Source: Anolis carolinensis (lineage: Eukaryota). From it: 64,000 nt of DNA. Where the stretch lies: contig NC_085845.1 in assembly GCF_035594765.1 (NCBI RefSeq), positions 140,074,897-140,138,896 of the forward strand. Reading direction: 5' to 3'. Shown here in pieces: positions 12,986 to 25,281 of this stretch (positions within the stretch are counted from its first letter, which is position 1; every line of letters starts with the position of its first letter). A model generated the notes under the pieces. The model saw only the letters and a list, made by a program, of their open reading frames with translations. It did not search any database and was not told the DNA's origin. A program made the translations under genes and the position numbers.

Positions 12986-13160
12986 CTAGCTGTGCCCGGC
13001 CATGCGTTGCTGTGGCCAGGACTTAATTTTTCTTTTCTTTTTGTTGTATGAACGTAGAGGCATGGATGAGAGTTTGTGCTGTCAATTTCAAGGTTGTGGG
13101 GCATTTAGTTTAGTTGTTTTGTCCGGTGCCGTGATTCCATTACCCTTTTATATATATAGA
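12986..13160 (-). mobile_element. Non-autonomous Helitron
   Basis: Minus strand starts TC(TATATATA), ends CTAG, has the subterminal hairpin gccacagcaacgcatggc, inserted at A|T with no TSD. Confidence 0.85.
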
Positions 13161-13285
13161 TTAATATGTCGTTGTTTTATTGAATATGTTTTGGGCAATG
13201 TAGTTTGCCAACTGTTGTAAGCCGCCCTGAGTCCCTCCGGGTGAGAAGGGCGGGGTACAAATGATGTAAATAAATAAATAAATAA
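13161..13285 (+). mobile_element. L2-type 3' end with (TAAA)n tail
   Basis: tgtaagccgccctgagtccc...gggcggggt...aaataaataaata. Confidence 0.75.
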
Positions 13286-13884
13286 GGGCTGTGAAGGTAG
13301 AAGAAGACTGCAACAGATTTAGAAGCTACCATCATCATGTTAACCACTCCACTGGTTGGGACCTTCACTCTGTGAAGATTGTGTGTTGATCGACTGGGCA
13401 CTGACCTCCACACATTAAAAAATTCATGTGCAGGTGTCTTTCAAGAACTTGGAAGGCCATCATACTCACACAACAAGAAATCACCTAAGTAAGAGTTAAT
13501 TTATATATTAAAATCAGGGATAGAAATAGGCTAATGGAAGACACTTCATGAAAGACACTTCCATGGGGATACTATACAATGTTCATCATGTAATTTACTT
13601 CTGTTTGCACAGGCTGAGTTTCTCTTTGGACTACAACACCCAGAATCCCACATCTTCCCCTATGAACTAGCACGGGCTCTAAGATCTGCCAGGGAGGCCC
13701 TCCTCTCAGTCCTGCCTCCATCACAAGTGTGGTTGGTGGGGACGAGGGAGAGGGCCTTCTCAGTAGTGGCTCCCGGCTCTGGAACACACTCCCTAGGGAA
13801 CTTAAACAAGCCCCTTCACTACAATACTTTAGGAAAGAGTTTAAAACTTGGTTTTTTTCAGCAGAAATTTGATAACATTAAGAC

Positions 13885-14439
13885 CAGTGGTCTGATACAG
13901 AACATATGCCATCCAGTAGTTGCCATCTAGGGGCCCTGGTGGCACAGTGCGTTAAAGCGTTGAGCTGCTGAACTTGCGGACCAAAAGGTCCCAGGTTCAA
14001 ATCCCGGCAGCGGAATGAGCGCCCGCTATAGCCCCAGCTCCTGCCAACCTAGCAGTTTGAAAACCTGCAAATGTGAGTAGATCAATAGGTACCGCTTCGG
14101 CGGGAAGGTAACGGCGCTCCATGCAGTCATGCCGGCCACATGACCTTGGAGATATCTATGGACAACGCCGACTCTTCGGCTTAGAAATGGAGATGAGCAC
14201 CAACCCCCAGAGTCGGTCACGACTGGACTTAATGTCAGGAGAAACCTTTACCTTTACTAGTCACCATCTACTCACCAACAGAAAACCATATTTAATAATC
14301 TAGAGCTGATGTAGTCTATCCAATGTAATGGTCAACTCTGCGGAAAGGAGCGGAAATAAAATAAATAAAATAAATGAATAAAGAGGGAGGTTCATGAACC
14401 AGATTTTCATTCTCACGGCCCACATGTTGAGAACCACTA
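13885..14439. mobile_element. hAT (Charlie-like) MITE, internally deleted, interrupted by a Sauria SINE
   Basis: cagtggt...gttgagaaccacta; 8-bp TSD attaagac / gtttagac; same family as 24834-25281. Confidence 0.75.
13930..14257 (+). mobile_element. Sauria SINE
   Basis: tRNA-like head with B box ggttcaaatcc, conserved body ctgccaacctagcagtt...gtgagtagatcaataggtacc, (ACCTTT)n tail; TSD tagttgccatcta / tagtcaccatcta. Confidence 0.95.
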
Positions 14440-17371
14440 GTTTAGACAGTAACCAGAACTGATTGCCAATCACTTAGCACTTTATATCTACATTCTGTAC
14501 GTTCAACTGGTCTGCTACATTGACTACATGGATCTTTTAACTGATTCTATTTTAACAGAGGTTGTTTTATCCAGTTTATATACCTGACTTATGTAATGTT
14601 ATTATTGTTTTCATGTTGACATATTTAATTTTATGTATTATGTATGTTATGTATGGCATCTTTGTGTGCTATTTTGTCAGCCACCCTGAGTCCCTATGGA
14701 AGATGGTGGCAGGGTATAAATAAAGTTTTATTATTCATTATTATTATAAGCAACTACAGCTGCAGTCCAAAATGGTAACTTCCCCAATCTGTGGCAATTT
14801 AATGAACCAGTGTTCATGTTGCATATGCAGTGGAGGCTCTTTGGCAGCCTTTATATGCAATGGTAATGGGTAAACAGGCTCTTAATTAAGAATTTGTTTC
14901 CTGTAGAACTTAAAGCATTTGTGTATTTAATGGAGGTTAAATCACATGAACTGTTAAAAGGGGGGGAGAGAAAAAAAAACTTCCCCCTATTATGGAACAA
15001 TAATGTTGCAATTCGAGATTGCTAACAGCAACAAAATGGCTTTACTGAGCGGCTACTGCATACAGAGCCAGCTCTGCCCTCATTATGTTTTCAAGAGGCT
15101 CCCTTACATTTGGAGTCTGCAGTACTGCTGATAGCCAACAAAGTGGGGAAAACGCAGCCTTTTGATATCCATTGTGGTGGATTATTTTTATACCTGGCAG
15201 TTGTTCCTATGTTGAGTGTTTGTTTCTACTTTAATGAGGATATCAACTTTCATCCGGCGAGATGTGTGGGTCACGTTGGAAGTACATGCACACACACACA
15301 CACACAGACGAAAGTGATACACCAGCTGGAAATTTTGACTTTCCGCTGAATTATGTCTGCCCGGCAAATGGTTTTCTTTTTTGACATATTTTAATGCACC
15401 TGCACACTGTGAGGAAGAGTGGGTGAACAGAAAACAGGCTGTTTTATTAACCCAGCAGTCACCTTTGAGGTTCAGAAATGTCCACTTTTTTCCCTGCCTT
15501 TGTACATAATCCCAAGAGACTTGTACCTGGCTTCCCTTGAAATAACAAAGTCCGCCACAAGCCTCCAAACATGATTGTTAACTGAATGCCAACTGTTTCT
15601 TCTCATCTTTTATTTTATTTTTAGGGGTGCATTAGAGATTGTGTCCTTATAGGTGCACTGTAGCTGTCATAACATTAATTTAGCTCTCTATTTAAAGAAG
15701 CTTTCTCTCATTGTAACAGACTGGCATTGTAGAAAGGAATTAAATTAGTATTTCTACATTATTTTTTCTGTTTTTAACCAAGATTTCCTCTCTCCGTGCA
15801 ACTGTAGCAGAGGCGGAACAGTAAAAAAATAGAGCACAGAAGCATTTTAGGAGTGAAGAAACTCTGTGAAACTGGATGACAGATACCACCAGGAAGAGAC
15901 CAGTTTGTCCTATTTAGAGCTTTAAATCTTTTCTGTCTCTTTTTGGCTATTAAAGTGTGCTAGATACAATAGACATGTTTCTGTTGATACAAGTGTGCCT
16001 TTAATTCCAAAATACAAGCCACATCTAAAGTATCTGGTTTGTTCCAGTCATGCCAACATCCAGCAAAACATGTAATAGAATTAGCCCATTCAAAATGTTT
16101 CCTGGTTGGATTATGAACCAAGGGATCAAGGCAGTGTAAAATAAAAAAAATAAACTGGATGAGCTCAAAATGTGGAGCTTGATATGGTGAGGTTTTTTGT
16201 AAACAAACAAACAAACCCAAAACTAATTCTGTATTTTCTGACTTAAGAACTCAACACTTGTAACCCCATGTTTATTTGAACCATGATTTGCACTCAATGA
16301 ATGGTGTTCAGTTTGTACTACATTTTGCTTTTTCCCTATTAGGTTTTAGAGAAAAAGTGCTCAATAGTTCACTTAATTCTCCATTTTATAGTAGAAAAGT
16401 CCTCGTTGAGTGTTCCTAATGTTAGTATCGGTTCACAGCAAGATAAATTAATACAATTAATTGACCATATCACCAATGCAACTAATTGATATCAATATTT
16501 CTTATTTAAAGAAAACATATTTCTTATTTATCTCTATCTACATCAAGAATAGAATCAGCAATAGAACTGGCAATCTGTGATAAATGCAGGGTTCAAGCAA
16601 AGCCTGGAGAAGTTATCTTTTTGGTCTACAACTGTCAAGAAACTCTAGTGACCATGTTGCTTTGACTATTTTGGGAGCTGCAGTCCAAAAAGAAACACAG
16701 TTCCAAGTTCTGGGTTAAAGGCCAATGGCACAAGTGAATTCAAGACACCAAAGTGAAGACTTAGGTTCTCTAGGTGTTGTTGGATTGAAGTTCCTATAAT
16801 TCCTCATCCTTTGCTATGCCAGGTAAAGCTGCTCAGAGACATAGACCAAAATAATTTGTAAGGTCACGCAGTCCATCCCTGCTGTACAATTTTATTTAAA
16901 ATATGTGCTGTTGAATCCAGGAACCATGCCGAGCATTGCAGCTTAAATTTGACTCACAAAGCTAGAACAGGTTTCTTTGAGCAGATATACTCAGAAATAG
17001 CATTCTCTCAGTAAGCAATTCATAAGCAAGTCAAAAACATGGACTATGAACACAGAGAGCTGCATTATACTCCTTAGGCTATTTGTATATCAGGTCTATT
17101 ATCACATACTGACAGCAGCTTTTTATGGGTTCAGCCTAAGCATTCTTCTTGTCATCTCCTTTGGTCATTTCCATCAAAGGTCCCCAGAGCATTCACTCTC
17201 TTTTTTAGGGCATGTGTATTCTGGGATACCAAATCAGATACAAGAGAGATTTGGGAGTTGTCAAGAAAACATAGGCATTAGCTTTTTAGTAGATTAGCCA
17301 AACAAAGCATTGAATGAGGGATGTCTATAGCTCAACATTAGGCAGATTCGTAATTGACCTCAGCATTCCCT

Positions 17372-17562
17372 GAGGCCTTTCATGATATACAAATATAGCA
17401 TTTATAGTCCACTTTTATTGTCACTGCAACAGCCAATGGACTCCTGGGATTGAGAGTTTAGCTAAGAGCTAATCAAATTGCAAACTCCAGGATTCCATAG
17501 GATGTTGTCATGACAGCTTAAAGTGGAATCATACTGTTATAGCTGTGTATTGTGAAAGGCTC
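17372..17562. mobile_element. Palindromic Harbinger-like MITE
   Basis: gccttttca...tgaaaggc ends; internal ccacttt / aaagtgg symmetry shared with 24112-24333 and 24814-25470. Confidence 0.5.
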
Positions 17563-18172
17563 CAACATAGAGTAGAATAGAGGTCCCCAGAACTGAATCC
17601 CCAGAAGTTGTTTAGCTTTAACTCCGAAAAATCTAAGCCAATATGTTCAGAGATTTGAGAACTACTGTATTGTTGATACTGTCATAGATGGATTATGGAT
17701 TTGATATTAGGTTTAATATTAGACAGTTTGTTATAGTTTAGTCAAAGGTGGACCAATTGGGGCTCTGAAAACCTTGTTTAATTGCTGCTTCTGGTAGTCT
17801 TGTCCAATATAGTCATTGGTGAGAGATTATGAGAACTGCAGTCTAGACATTTCTGGAAAAGTAGGTCACTCGTGGTTTAGTCATACTGAAAACCAGGGTT
17901 CAAGATTGAGAGCAGATTTTTTAAAGGTACTCTTCTTTCTTTAACTCTCTTGACCCAGCATGGCCATGAAATCCATGTGTATGCTTAAGAGGTGACCTTG
18001 ACAATGAAAACATACAACACCATTGAGTGGGAAGATGAGCATAAATTTTATAAATTTTAGCTAACATCCTCTTCCTTTTTAAATAAAACCATCACATGGT
18101 CCATCCATTATGTCAAGGATGGAAAACTTGAAAATGTTCCAATGTTGGACTGCAACTCTGATCCCTATACAC

Positions 18173-18306
18173 CAGTGATTCTCAACTTGGGGTCCCCAGA
18201 TGTTTTTGTCCTTCAACTCCCAAAAATCATAACAACTGGTAAACTGGCTGTAATTTCTGGGATTTGTAGGCCAAAAACATTTGGGGACCCCAGGTAGAAA
18301 CCACTG
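18173..18306. mobile_element. hAT MITE (URR1/Charlie-like)
   Basis: cagtgattctcaac ... aaaccactg; 8-bp TSD ctatacac / ccctacac; palindromic body. Confidence 0.85.
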
Positions 18307-19411
18307 CCCTACACCATTGACTGTACTGGCTAGAGCTGATGGAAATTTCCATTGAACAATATTGGAGAGAGGCACAGTTGCGATCATTGCATTCCATGGA
18401 TGAAATAGCATCATTGATAGAATGTTCTGTTTTACCTCTCCTGTCTTCTAGAACAGCTTACTGCATTCGCTATTCAGAATAGAAACAACAGTGAAGGAGG
18501 CAATAGTAATTATGTTCATGCTCCCTTCTGTTATGAACTCATTCATTTTACAGTCATTATTAAAAGATTAGAAAAAATACCAGTGACATTTGATTATGAC
18601 TTTGGCATGGAGAGGGAATTGTTTTAGAGTGGCTAGTATTTTGTTATTGTTATTCAGATTCTTTAGTGACAAGACAGTGACTATCTGATACTATGAATAC
18701 AGTTATCAATACATATTGAGAGTATATGTTGACTGCTAATGAGCTTCCTCAGCCCAGCTTGCCTCCTCCCTTTCTTCCCCCTTATCTGGCGCCCTCGGTG
18801 TACCATTTGTTTCACTTTCCTCCACTCTTGCCTGGGGAAATGAAGGATATTTTTTTTTCCAAAATAGAGTTTTTATTTATTCCTCAGTGTTTAAAGGCCC
18901 TGTGGGCATTTGTCTCCTACCTGAGTTAATGTGCTGTAATGATCTGCTCCTGCCATCCATTCCTCTCCCTATCAATCAAGGAGAAAAAATGCTGATTGCG
19001 AGGACTGCTAATAAGACCTAAGAGGAGGCCAGTTCACATGAGTGCGGTGTGCCAACTTGCTTTGTTTTTCAGGCAGCTCTGCCTGTAATTGGGAGCCAGG
19101 CACCAGACATGCCTGAGTGTTGCACAGCCAGGGTCCTGCCAATCTCCTTCTTTAAGAAGGCAAACCAACAGCTTTATCTATGGCAGTGACATCTTTTGTT
19201 TTACCCTTCTGGTTGTGGCAATCTGAATCTACCCACTGCATTGGCTAGCAGTTGATTAAAGCTCTAGAAAACCCCGACAACAGGAGTTGACAATATATGG
19301 CCCTTTAGCACCTGTTGGACTGTAGTTATTACCAAGCCTAGCCAGCAGGTGAGACATAATGGAAGTTGCAGTCAACACGCTCAATACCCACACTTGCCAT
19401 ATACAATTACC

Positions 19412-20288
19412 TGTTACACCCCAAGGTTGCGAGGGCACCTTGAAAACCACACTGGAGCCAGGATCATAAGCAAAGCGGTTTATTGAAGGATATATAAATG
19501 CAAGCAAATAGCGCTAAAAGTCAATAGAGAGAATAGTCCATAATATATTGTCCTTAACTGTTCAAAAGCAAGTCCAATAAAGTCTTTCAATATTGTAATC
19601 CACAAACAGAACTCGTTAGTTCTACCAAGAAGCCAGAGTTAGTCTGTAAACGCTGTCAAAACAGGATCAGCCAAAAGTTGCAAGGAACAGGAACAAGACA
19701 CTGGAAATCCATAAACTATAATCCACATGGAAAGCAACCACTTAGGAGTCATAGAACCGAGGTTAACAAGGCAAGGTATACTCGAGAGTCACAAGGCATG
19801 AACTCGGCTTGGAAGTCATGAAGCAAGGTATGGGAACAAGGCAAGGAGCAAGGTACTGGAACATACATTCTTCTTCCATGGATGGCAAAGTTGACACCTC
19901 AGTGAGAACAGGAAGCAAGGCACCTTTAAGGAGTTTTCAGGGCTACAAGGCAGTGAGAGTTAGGACCCACAGAATTTCACATGGGAAAGTTAGTCATTAG
20001 TGTGCCTGAGAGCCAAGCGCTGACTTCGTCTCACACCCTCCCTTCAACCCCTTTCTTTCACAAAAGATCCTCTCCGATCAAAAGCAACATCCTCCCCTGC
20101 AACAACATCTGGTGAAACCAACCTTGACTGAGCATCGGAATGTTCTCCAATTAACGGATCCTCTGTAAGCACAACTTCGGGCACCTGCAAAGCCATTGGG
20201 CTTTGGTTCAAATCCTGGATGGGCCTGAAATCCGAATCAGACTCTGATTCAAATTCCATCTCCTGAGGAAGGGCAGATCGTGACAACA
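19412..20288 (-). mobile_element. Solo LTR (877 bp) with an acidic ORF remnant in U3
   Basis: TGTT...AACA termini; perfect 5-bp TSD ttacc (19407-11, 20289-93); AATAAA on the minus strand at about 19478-19483. Confidence 0.9.
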
Positions 20289-21311
20289 TTACCTTTGTGT
20301 AAGGACATTATTATACAGGGCAAGCAAACCAGCACTGCTGCTAGATATTCAGTTTTGGGTATTGTCCCTATTTCACAATTTCATGCGTATTATGCCTGTG
20401 GTCTACCTCCTACCTGTGATTATCCTGTTCCTAGCAAAAAATAGGTAAAACCAATCAACAACTCCTAATCCCACAATTTTCCTGCCACTTAACTTGGTGC
20501 GATGGGTCACTTCTTTTTCTGTGCTGTTATGCTGGCTATGAAATGACATCAGGGGTGGGATCCTTATCTCCCGCCCCCTTCGCACTTTTCCCAAGATGTC
20601 CATTTTATGTTTATTTCACATCTTATTATATTTGCCTTTTTTGTTTTTCAAAGCTGAAATTTCAGAATTGCTCTAAAATAAAAAAATAAACATTAAAAAA
20701 AACTACAGAAGTCATACAGGTAGGTGGGATTAGCAGAGTATATATAAATATGATCACAGGACCATAAATTGGCAAATTCCATAATTTCAGAATTGTAGGG
20801 GCGGGGCATGATATCAAGGGTACTGAATTGGGTATGTATCCACTATCAGTGATAGCACAACTGTAGTGGAATAGTGAGTATGTGCAATGAAATTCATGGT
20901 CTTAAGTCTGAATTGGATACAAACCAAGTGGATCATTTGAAGAAATACTCGTGACTTGTGTTCACTATATTTTAATCTTTGATCTGTGTATTTTATATAT
21001 GTATTTGTAGAAATACCTTTTAATATATGCATTTTATAATGCATATGATGATTGATTATGTGTTTTAGCTATGTTGTAACCTGCCTTGAGCCATGAGAAG
21101 GGTAAGAAATAAAATTATCACCATCACCACCACCACGTTTTGGTTCCATTCAATTCAGTGAAACAAATGAATCATAGTGGATTTATTCAGAGGAAGTTTG
21201 TGATTGCTTTTGTCTAAAGCTGAGAGAATGTGATTTGCCTAAAGACACTGCATTGGTTGTATGGTGAATTCAAACCATGGTCTCCAGAGTTGTAGTCCAA
21301 TATGCAAACTG

Positions 21312-22020
21312 TGAGTGCTTCCAGACAGCACCAAAATGCAGATTTTCAAAAAGGGATAAACAAACCCCTGGCCTGTCTTCCCCCACAATCCTCACAGCCC
21401 CCCCTTTTTTTGTCTCAGAATAAAATGGAGGGCGAATGGGAAACATCAGTTGAAAGTTTTTTTTTTAAAAAAAATACTTTGTTATGTGCTGATCCTCATA
21501 TGCGCACATGCAAATACCTAAATATAAAATATGAAGAGATTCCCATGTGCATATATGAGGATCAGTGCATAACGGAGGGATTTATTTTTTTTTAAAAAAA
21601 ACTTTTCCAAGTTCTTTCTTTCCCCAATTTTCATACTCTGTTTAAGTTTAGAAACTTTAAAATAATGATTTTCAGAGAGCTCCAATGGCTCTCCTTCCTG
21701 CTCTGTTTAAACCAGCTGCAAATCAGCAGTGTCTCTAGGACAGCCTGGACAGCTAATCAGCTGTTTCAAGCTTCTTTAAAAAGGATCTGTGGTCTCCACA
21801 GGGAGGTGGGATGAAAATCTTGCATTTTGCATGTCTGCAGAGATAGATAATCATGCAGAAAATGTGCATTTCCCAGCCAGAACTGGGATAAAGGAGCACT
21901 TATTTGTCCTGTGTTTTGGTTGCGTTGCTCCAATTCAGCGCGGATTTACCGGTAACGTCATCTAGCCCCCCCCCTTTAATCTGTTCTCTCTTGTTTCTTT
22001 TGTGCTGTGTGGAAGGGCCC
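21312..22020. mobile_element. Harbinger-like MITE with an internal foldback
   Basis: Ends gagtgcttccagacagcacc / tgtgctgtgtggaagggccc; internal inverted arms at 21454-21510 and 21544-21604. Confidence 0.55.
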
Positions 22021-22069
22021 TGTATATCATACTGTCCTTAGGGATGCTCTGTCCAACTAAGGACTTTAT

Positions 22070-22400
22070 TGCCTAACGGATTTAGCATACATAGTGGTGA
22101 ATCCATGGGTCCCCTTGGGGGGTGTGGGGAACCCGTTGTCCCACATCACCAAACTTACTGGGGACCCCATCTTACTGGAGGAAGCATCCTCCACCTGGCT
22201 TCCCCCTATTATTCTGAAGGCAACACAGGAAGCTCCTCATGTTGCCGCAGCAGCAACATATGCTACTTGTTTTCCCCTTTTGGCATGGAGCCTGGCTGGA
22301 AGTACAGATGCGTCATGTAATGGGCTCCATGCCGAAAGGGTGTATGATGGGCAAAGTAACCCATCTGATGAGGGCATAAGAGCCAAAGGACAGATAGCAA
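22070..22400 (+). repeat. Unclassified dispersed repeat with a terminal hairpin (other copies at 37420-37735 minus, 57995-58310 plus)
   Basis: Shared ggatt.g....tg.tgaatcc.tgggtccc...cccacatcacc motif order. Confidence 0.6.
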
Positions 22401-24111
22401 ACAAACAACCACAGTGTTTTCAATTGCTGGCTCTCCAAACTGCAGGGTGCTTCAGCAGAAGAATTTTTGAATGATGTGCCACTCTTAAAGATACAGGAGC
22501 CTGCCTGGAAAGTGGAAAAGCAAAGCAAAGCTATGAATTCCCTTGTTGAAAGGCCCAAATAATGCCCCCTGCGCCTTTGGCTAACAGTTTCATTGTGAGA
22601 GCTATAATGGAGATGTATCCAATAGACTGACACACAACCGACATGCAAGTTCTGAAACACAGTCAAGTGGAAACATCCCAGCAACGGGATCTACTTGTGA
22701 AGTGCTAGGGCTGCAACTTTTCTGGCAAAGGCTGTGATAATTGAATTTTGAAAAGATCTGACATCTGAAATGAACAGCATTAGTAATTATGCGACATCCT
22801 GAAGGATGATATTAATGATTCTTATGCAAGTGTTTGTTAAACCTGTAATACAGATTTAATGACTATCCAAAAGCCTTTATTACAAGGAAGAGAAACTCTT
22901 ACTTTGCTCCTGAGTTTAATCTCCTTTGAAGAATTTCTTTCCCTCTCTCTCTAGAAAGCTGGAGATGTTCACCTTCAATTAGCAACTATCCAAGTGAGTG
23001 GGCGAGCTTCACTGCCCATTTATGAAAGCAAAAAACATCACAGCTTTGCCACAACGATAACGTTTCATGGTTGTGTGACCCTTTGGGATATTACAATTGT
23101 TCTTGAATGATTTTTTTTTAAAAAAAGATAATCTAAGAACGTGAAGAAATAACTGTTATTAGAATCCTGTGAATAATTAGTTCTATTATGAAAGTGGTGA
23201 TTGAGTTCTTTCTGCATTTGAGGAAAAAAACAGGTGGGCAGGGAAATTATTTTGCAAGATGGACCCAGGCGTAATAGGGAAAAACCAATCACACAGACAG
23301 TGGTTGGTCTTATTTTCCGGACTTCAAACCAAGTCTGATTTGCAAAAAGCATTAAAATGTCTCTGTGCCATGGGCAAGCCCCCTGGAATGCTTATGTTCC
23401 TCCTTTTTTGCTATTCTTTATTTATATCTTTTCCCGAATGTGTGTGTATGTCTTCATCTTCATATATGTGACTTTACAAACTTGAGATCTGCACCGTGTT
23501 CTGTTAGCAATCTCGTTTATCCACCAGATTGATTTGAAACAGCTACCTTATTTTGTAAACCTTTAGAACAAACCTGTTTTAGCCATACTAATTAAAGGAG
23601 ATGTTCAAAAAAATGCAAGGCTCACAAGAATGCAAAGCATTTAGAAGGCTGCAAACATGAATCTGAGCACTTGCCATTTGGTCTTGTCAACCTGTAAATA
23701 CTTTCCCCTCTTCCTTCTTCACCTAAATTAATCCCATATGCCATTTTTTCTAATTAGACACAAGATGCAGCGGTTTGAAAAAGGACCAGAATTGACGCAA
23801 GCTGCCAAATTAGCCTTGCTTTCACAGAGAGGGTGTTCTTCTCAGGTCAAGGAACAGATAACAAACGAAGCAGTGTTCAGAGGCATGCACTGGGCTGCTT
23901 GTATAAGAGCTGGCTTTTGGATTAATACAGGAATGCAGCTTTTAAGAACTGCAAGTCCCCTAAGCTTTGTAAAGAATGACAATAATTCCTCCATGTCTGT
24001 TGTATGCTCCTGTTTGGATATATAGACCACAAAGGCAACAGCTACAGTTCCCATGGATGTTTTTTACACAGCCAATGAATGAAAAATACAAATTGCACTT
24101 CCATTGAGTTA

Positions 24112-24333
24112 GTGTGCAATCTACATTTTAAAATTAATGCAGTTTGATACCACTTTGACTGCAATGGCTCGGCGCTATGGAATCATAGAGTTGCAGTCAC
24201 AAGGTGTTTAGATTTTCCTTCCAAAGAGGGCTGGTGCTTCACCACACTACAACTCCCATAATGTTATAGCATTAAACCACGGCAGTAAAAGTGGTGTCAA
24301 ACTGCATTGAATTTACAATATAGATGTGCCCTT
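24112..24333. mobile_element. Palindromic Harbinger-like MITE
   Basis: aatgcagtttgataccacttt / aaagtggtgtcaaactgcatt inverted arms. Confidence 0.7.
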
Positions 24334-24833
24334 AGACACATACTGACATGGGGCTTTTTCACTTCGTATAATTACAGAGCTGTGATTCTACTTTAACTTT
24401 CATCGTTTCATCCTATAAAATACTGGGAATAGCCATTTGAATTTTCTGTCAGAAGCTGTCAGATAGTTCTAGCCCTTCACCAATATACCAGGCACTGTGA
24501 CAATCAAAGTGTGACCAAAGTTTTATAATTCCATAGTGTGAACTGGTGACTTTACCAGAAAATGACAGTAATGGATCCCAAGAGGACAGGGCACCAGTGC
24601 TGCTATGCTACCTGCTCACGCAGCTATCTGGACTATAAACGAGCTTTGGAGCAGACCAATTTGGAATGTAGACACAGTATATGTTGCTGTAAAGGTAGAA
24701 GAAAGACATTTGTATGAGTCCACCTTACATCCTCACATTGTCATTGGTCTACGAAATGAAGCAAGCCAAAATGTCAGTGGTTTATCTAACTTTGTCCTAT
24801 ATTCAAAACACTAAGGGCCACGTTGCACTACAC

Positions 24834-25281
24834 CAGTGCTTCCCAACCTTTTTGTGACCAAAGCTCACTTGACCAGGGCCCACTTTGACCAGGAACCACT
24901 TGAATAGGGGCCACCTTAACCAGGGACCATTTTGATCAGGGACCACTCTCCAAAAGGGTTACAAATCAGTTTTGGTCAACTTTAGATTCGGTTTGGTTGT
25001 TTGGGGTGCTGATTCAGAAAATTGCATTGGCTTGACCACATCAGCTCTAGTTTCTGATACAGAACATATGCCATCCAGCAGTCATCATCTGGTCACCCAC
25101 AGAAAACCACATTTAATAATCTAGAGCTGATGTGGTCTATCCAATGCAGTGGTCAGCTCTGCAGAAAGGAGCGGAAATAAAATAAAACAAAACAAATAAA
25201 TAATGAGGAAGAAGGTTCATGGACCAGGTTTTTGTTCTCATGGCCATTGCTGAGCCACATCCCACAGGTTGAGAACCACTG
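24834..25281. mobile_element. hAT MITE inserted into a Harbinger-like MITE (about 24814-25470)
   Basis: cagtgcttcccaacct / aggttgagaaccactg TIRs; TSD cactacac / cactacaa; internal gaccagggaccact subrepeats. Confidence 0.88.

Larger units (their letters stand above)
13671..14748 (+). mobile_element. L2 LINE 3' fragment, interrupted by a hAT MITE
   Basis: Encodes RALRSAREALLSV...GTRERAFSVVAP and, after a frameshift, LWNTLP...SLKTWFFQQ (typical L2 ORF2 end); 3' stem-loop tail at 14677-14748. Confidence 0.8.

Noticed and set aside
13930-14010. tRNA genes (also at about 31810-31888, 35020-35105, 35725-35800 and 54651-54730)
   Set aside because: These are tRNA-derived SINE heads with A/B boxes but no complete cloverleaf.
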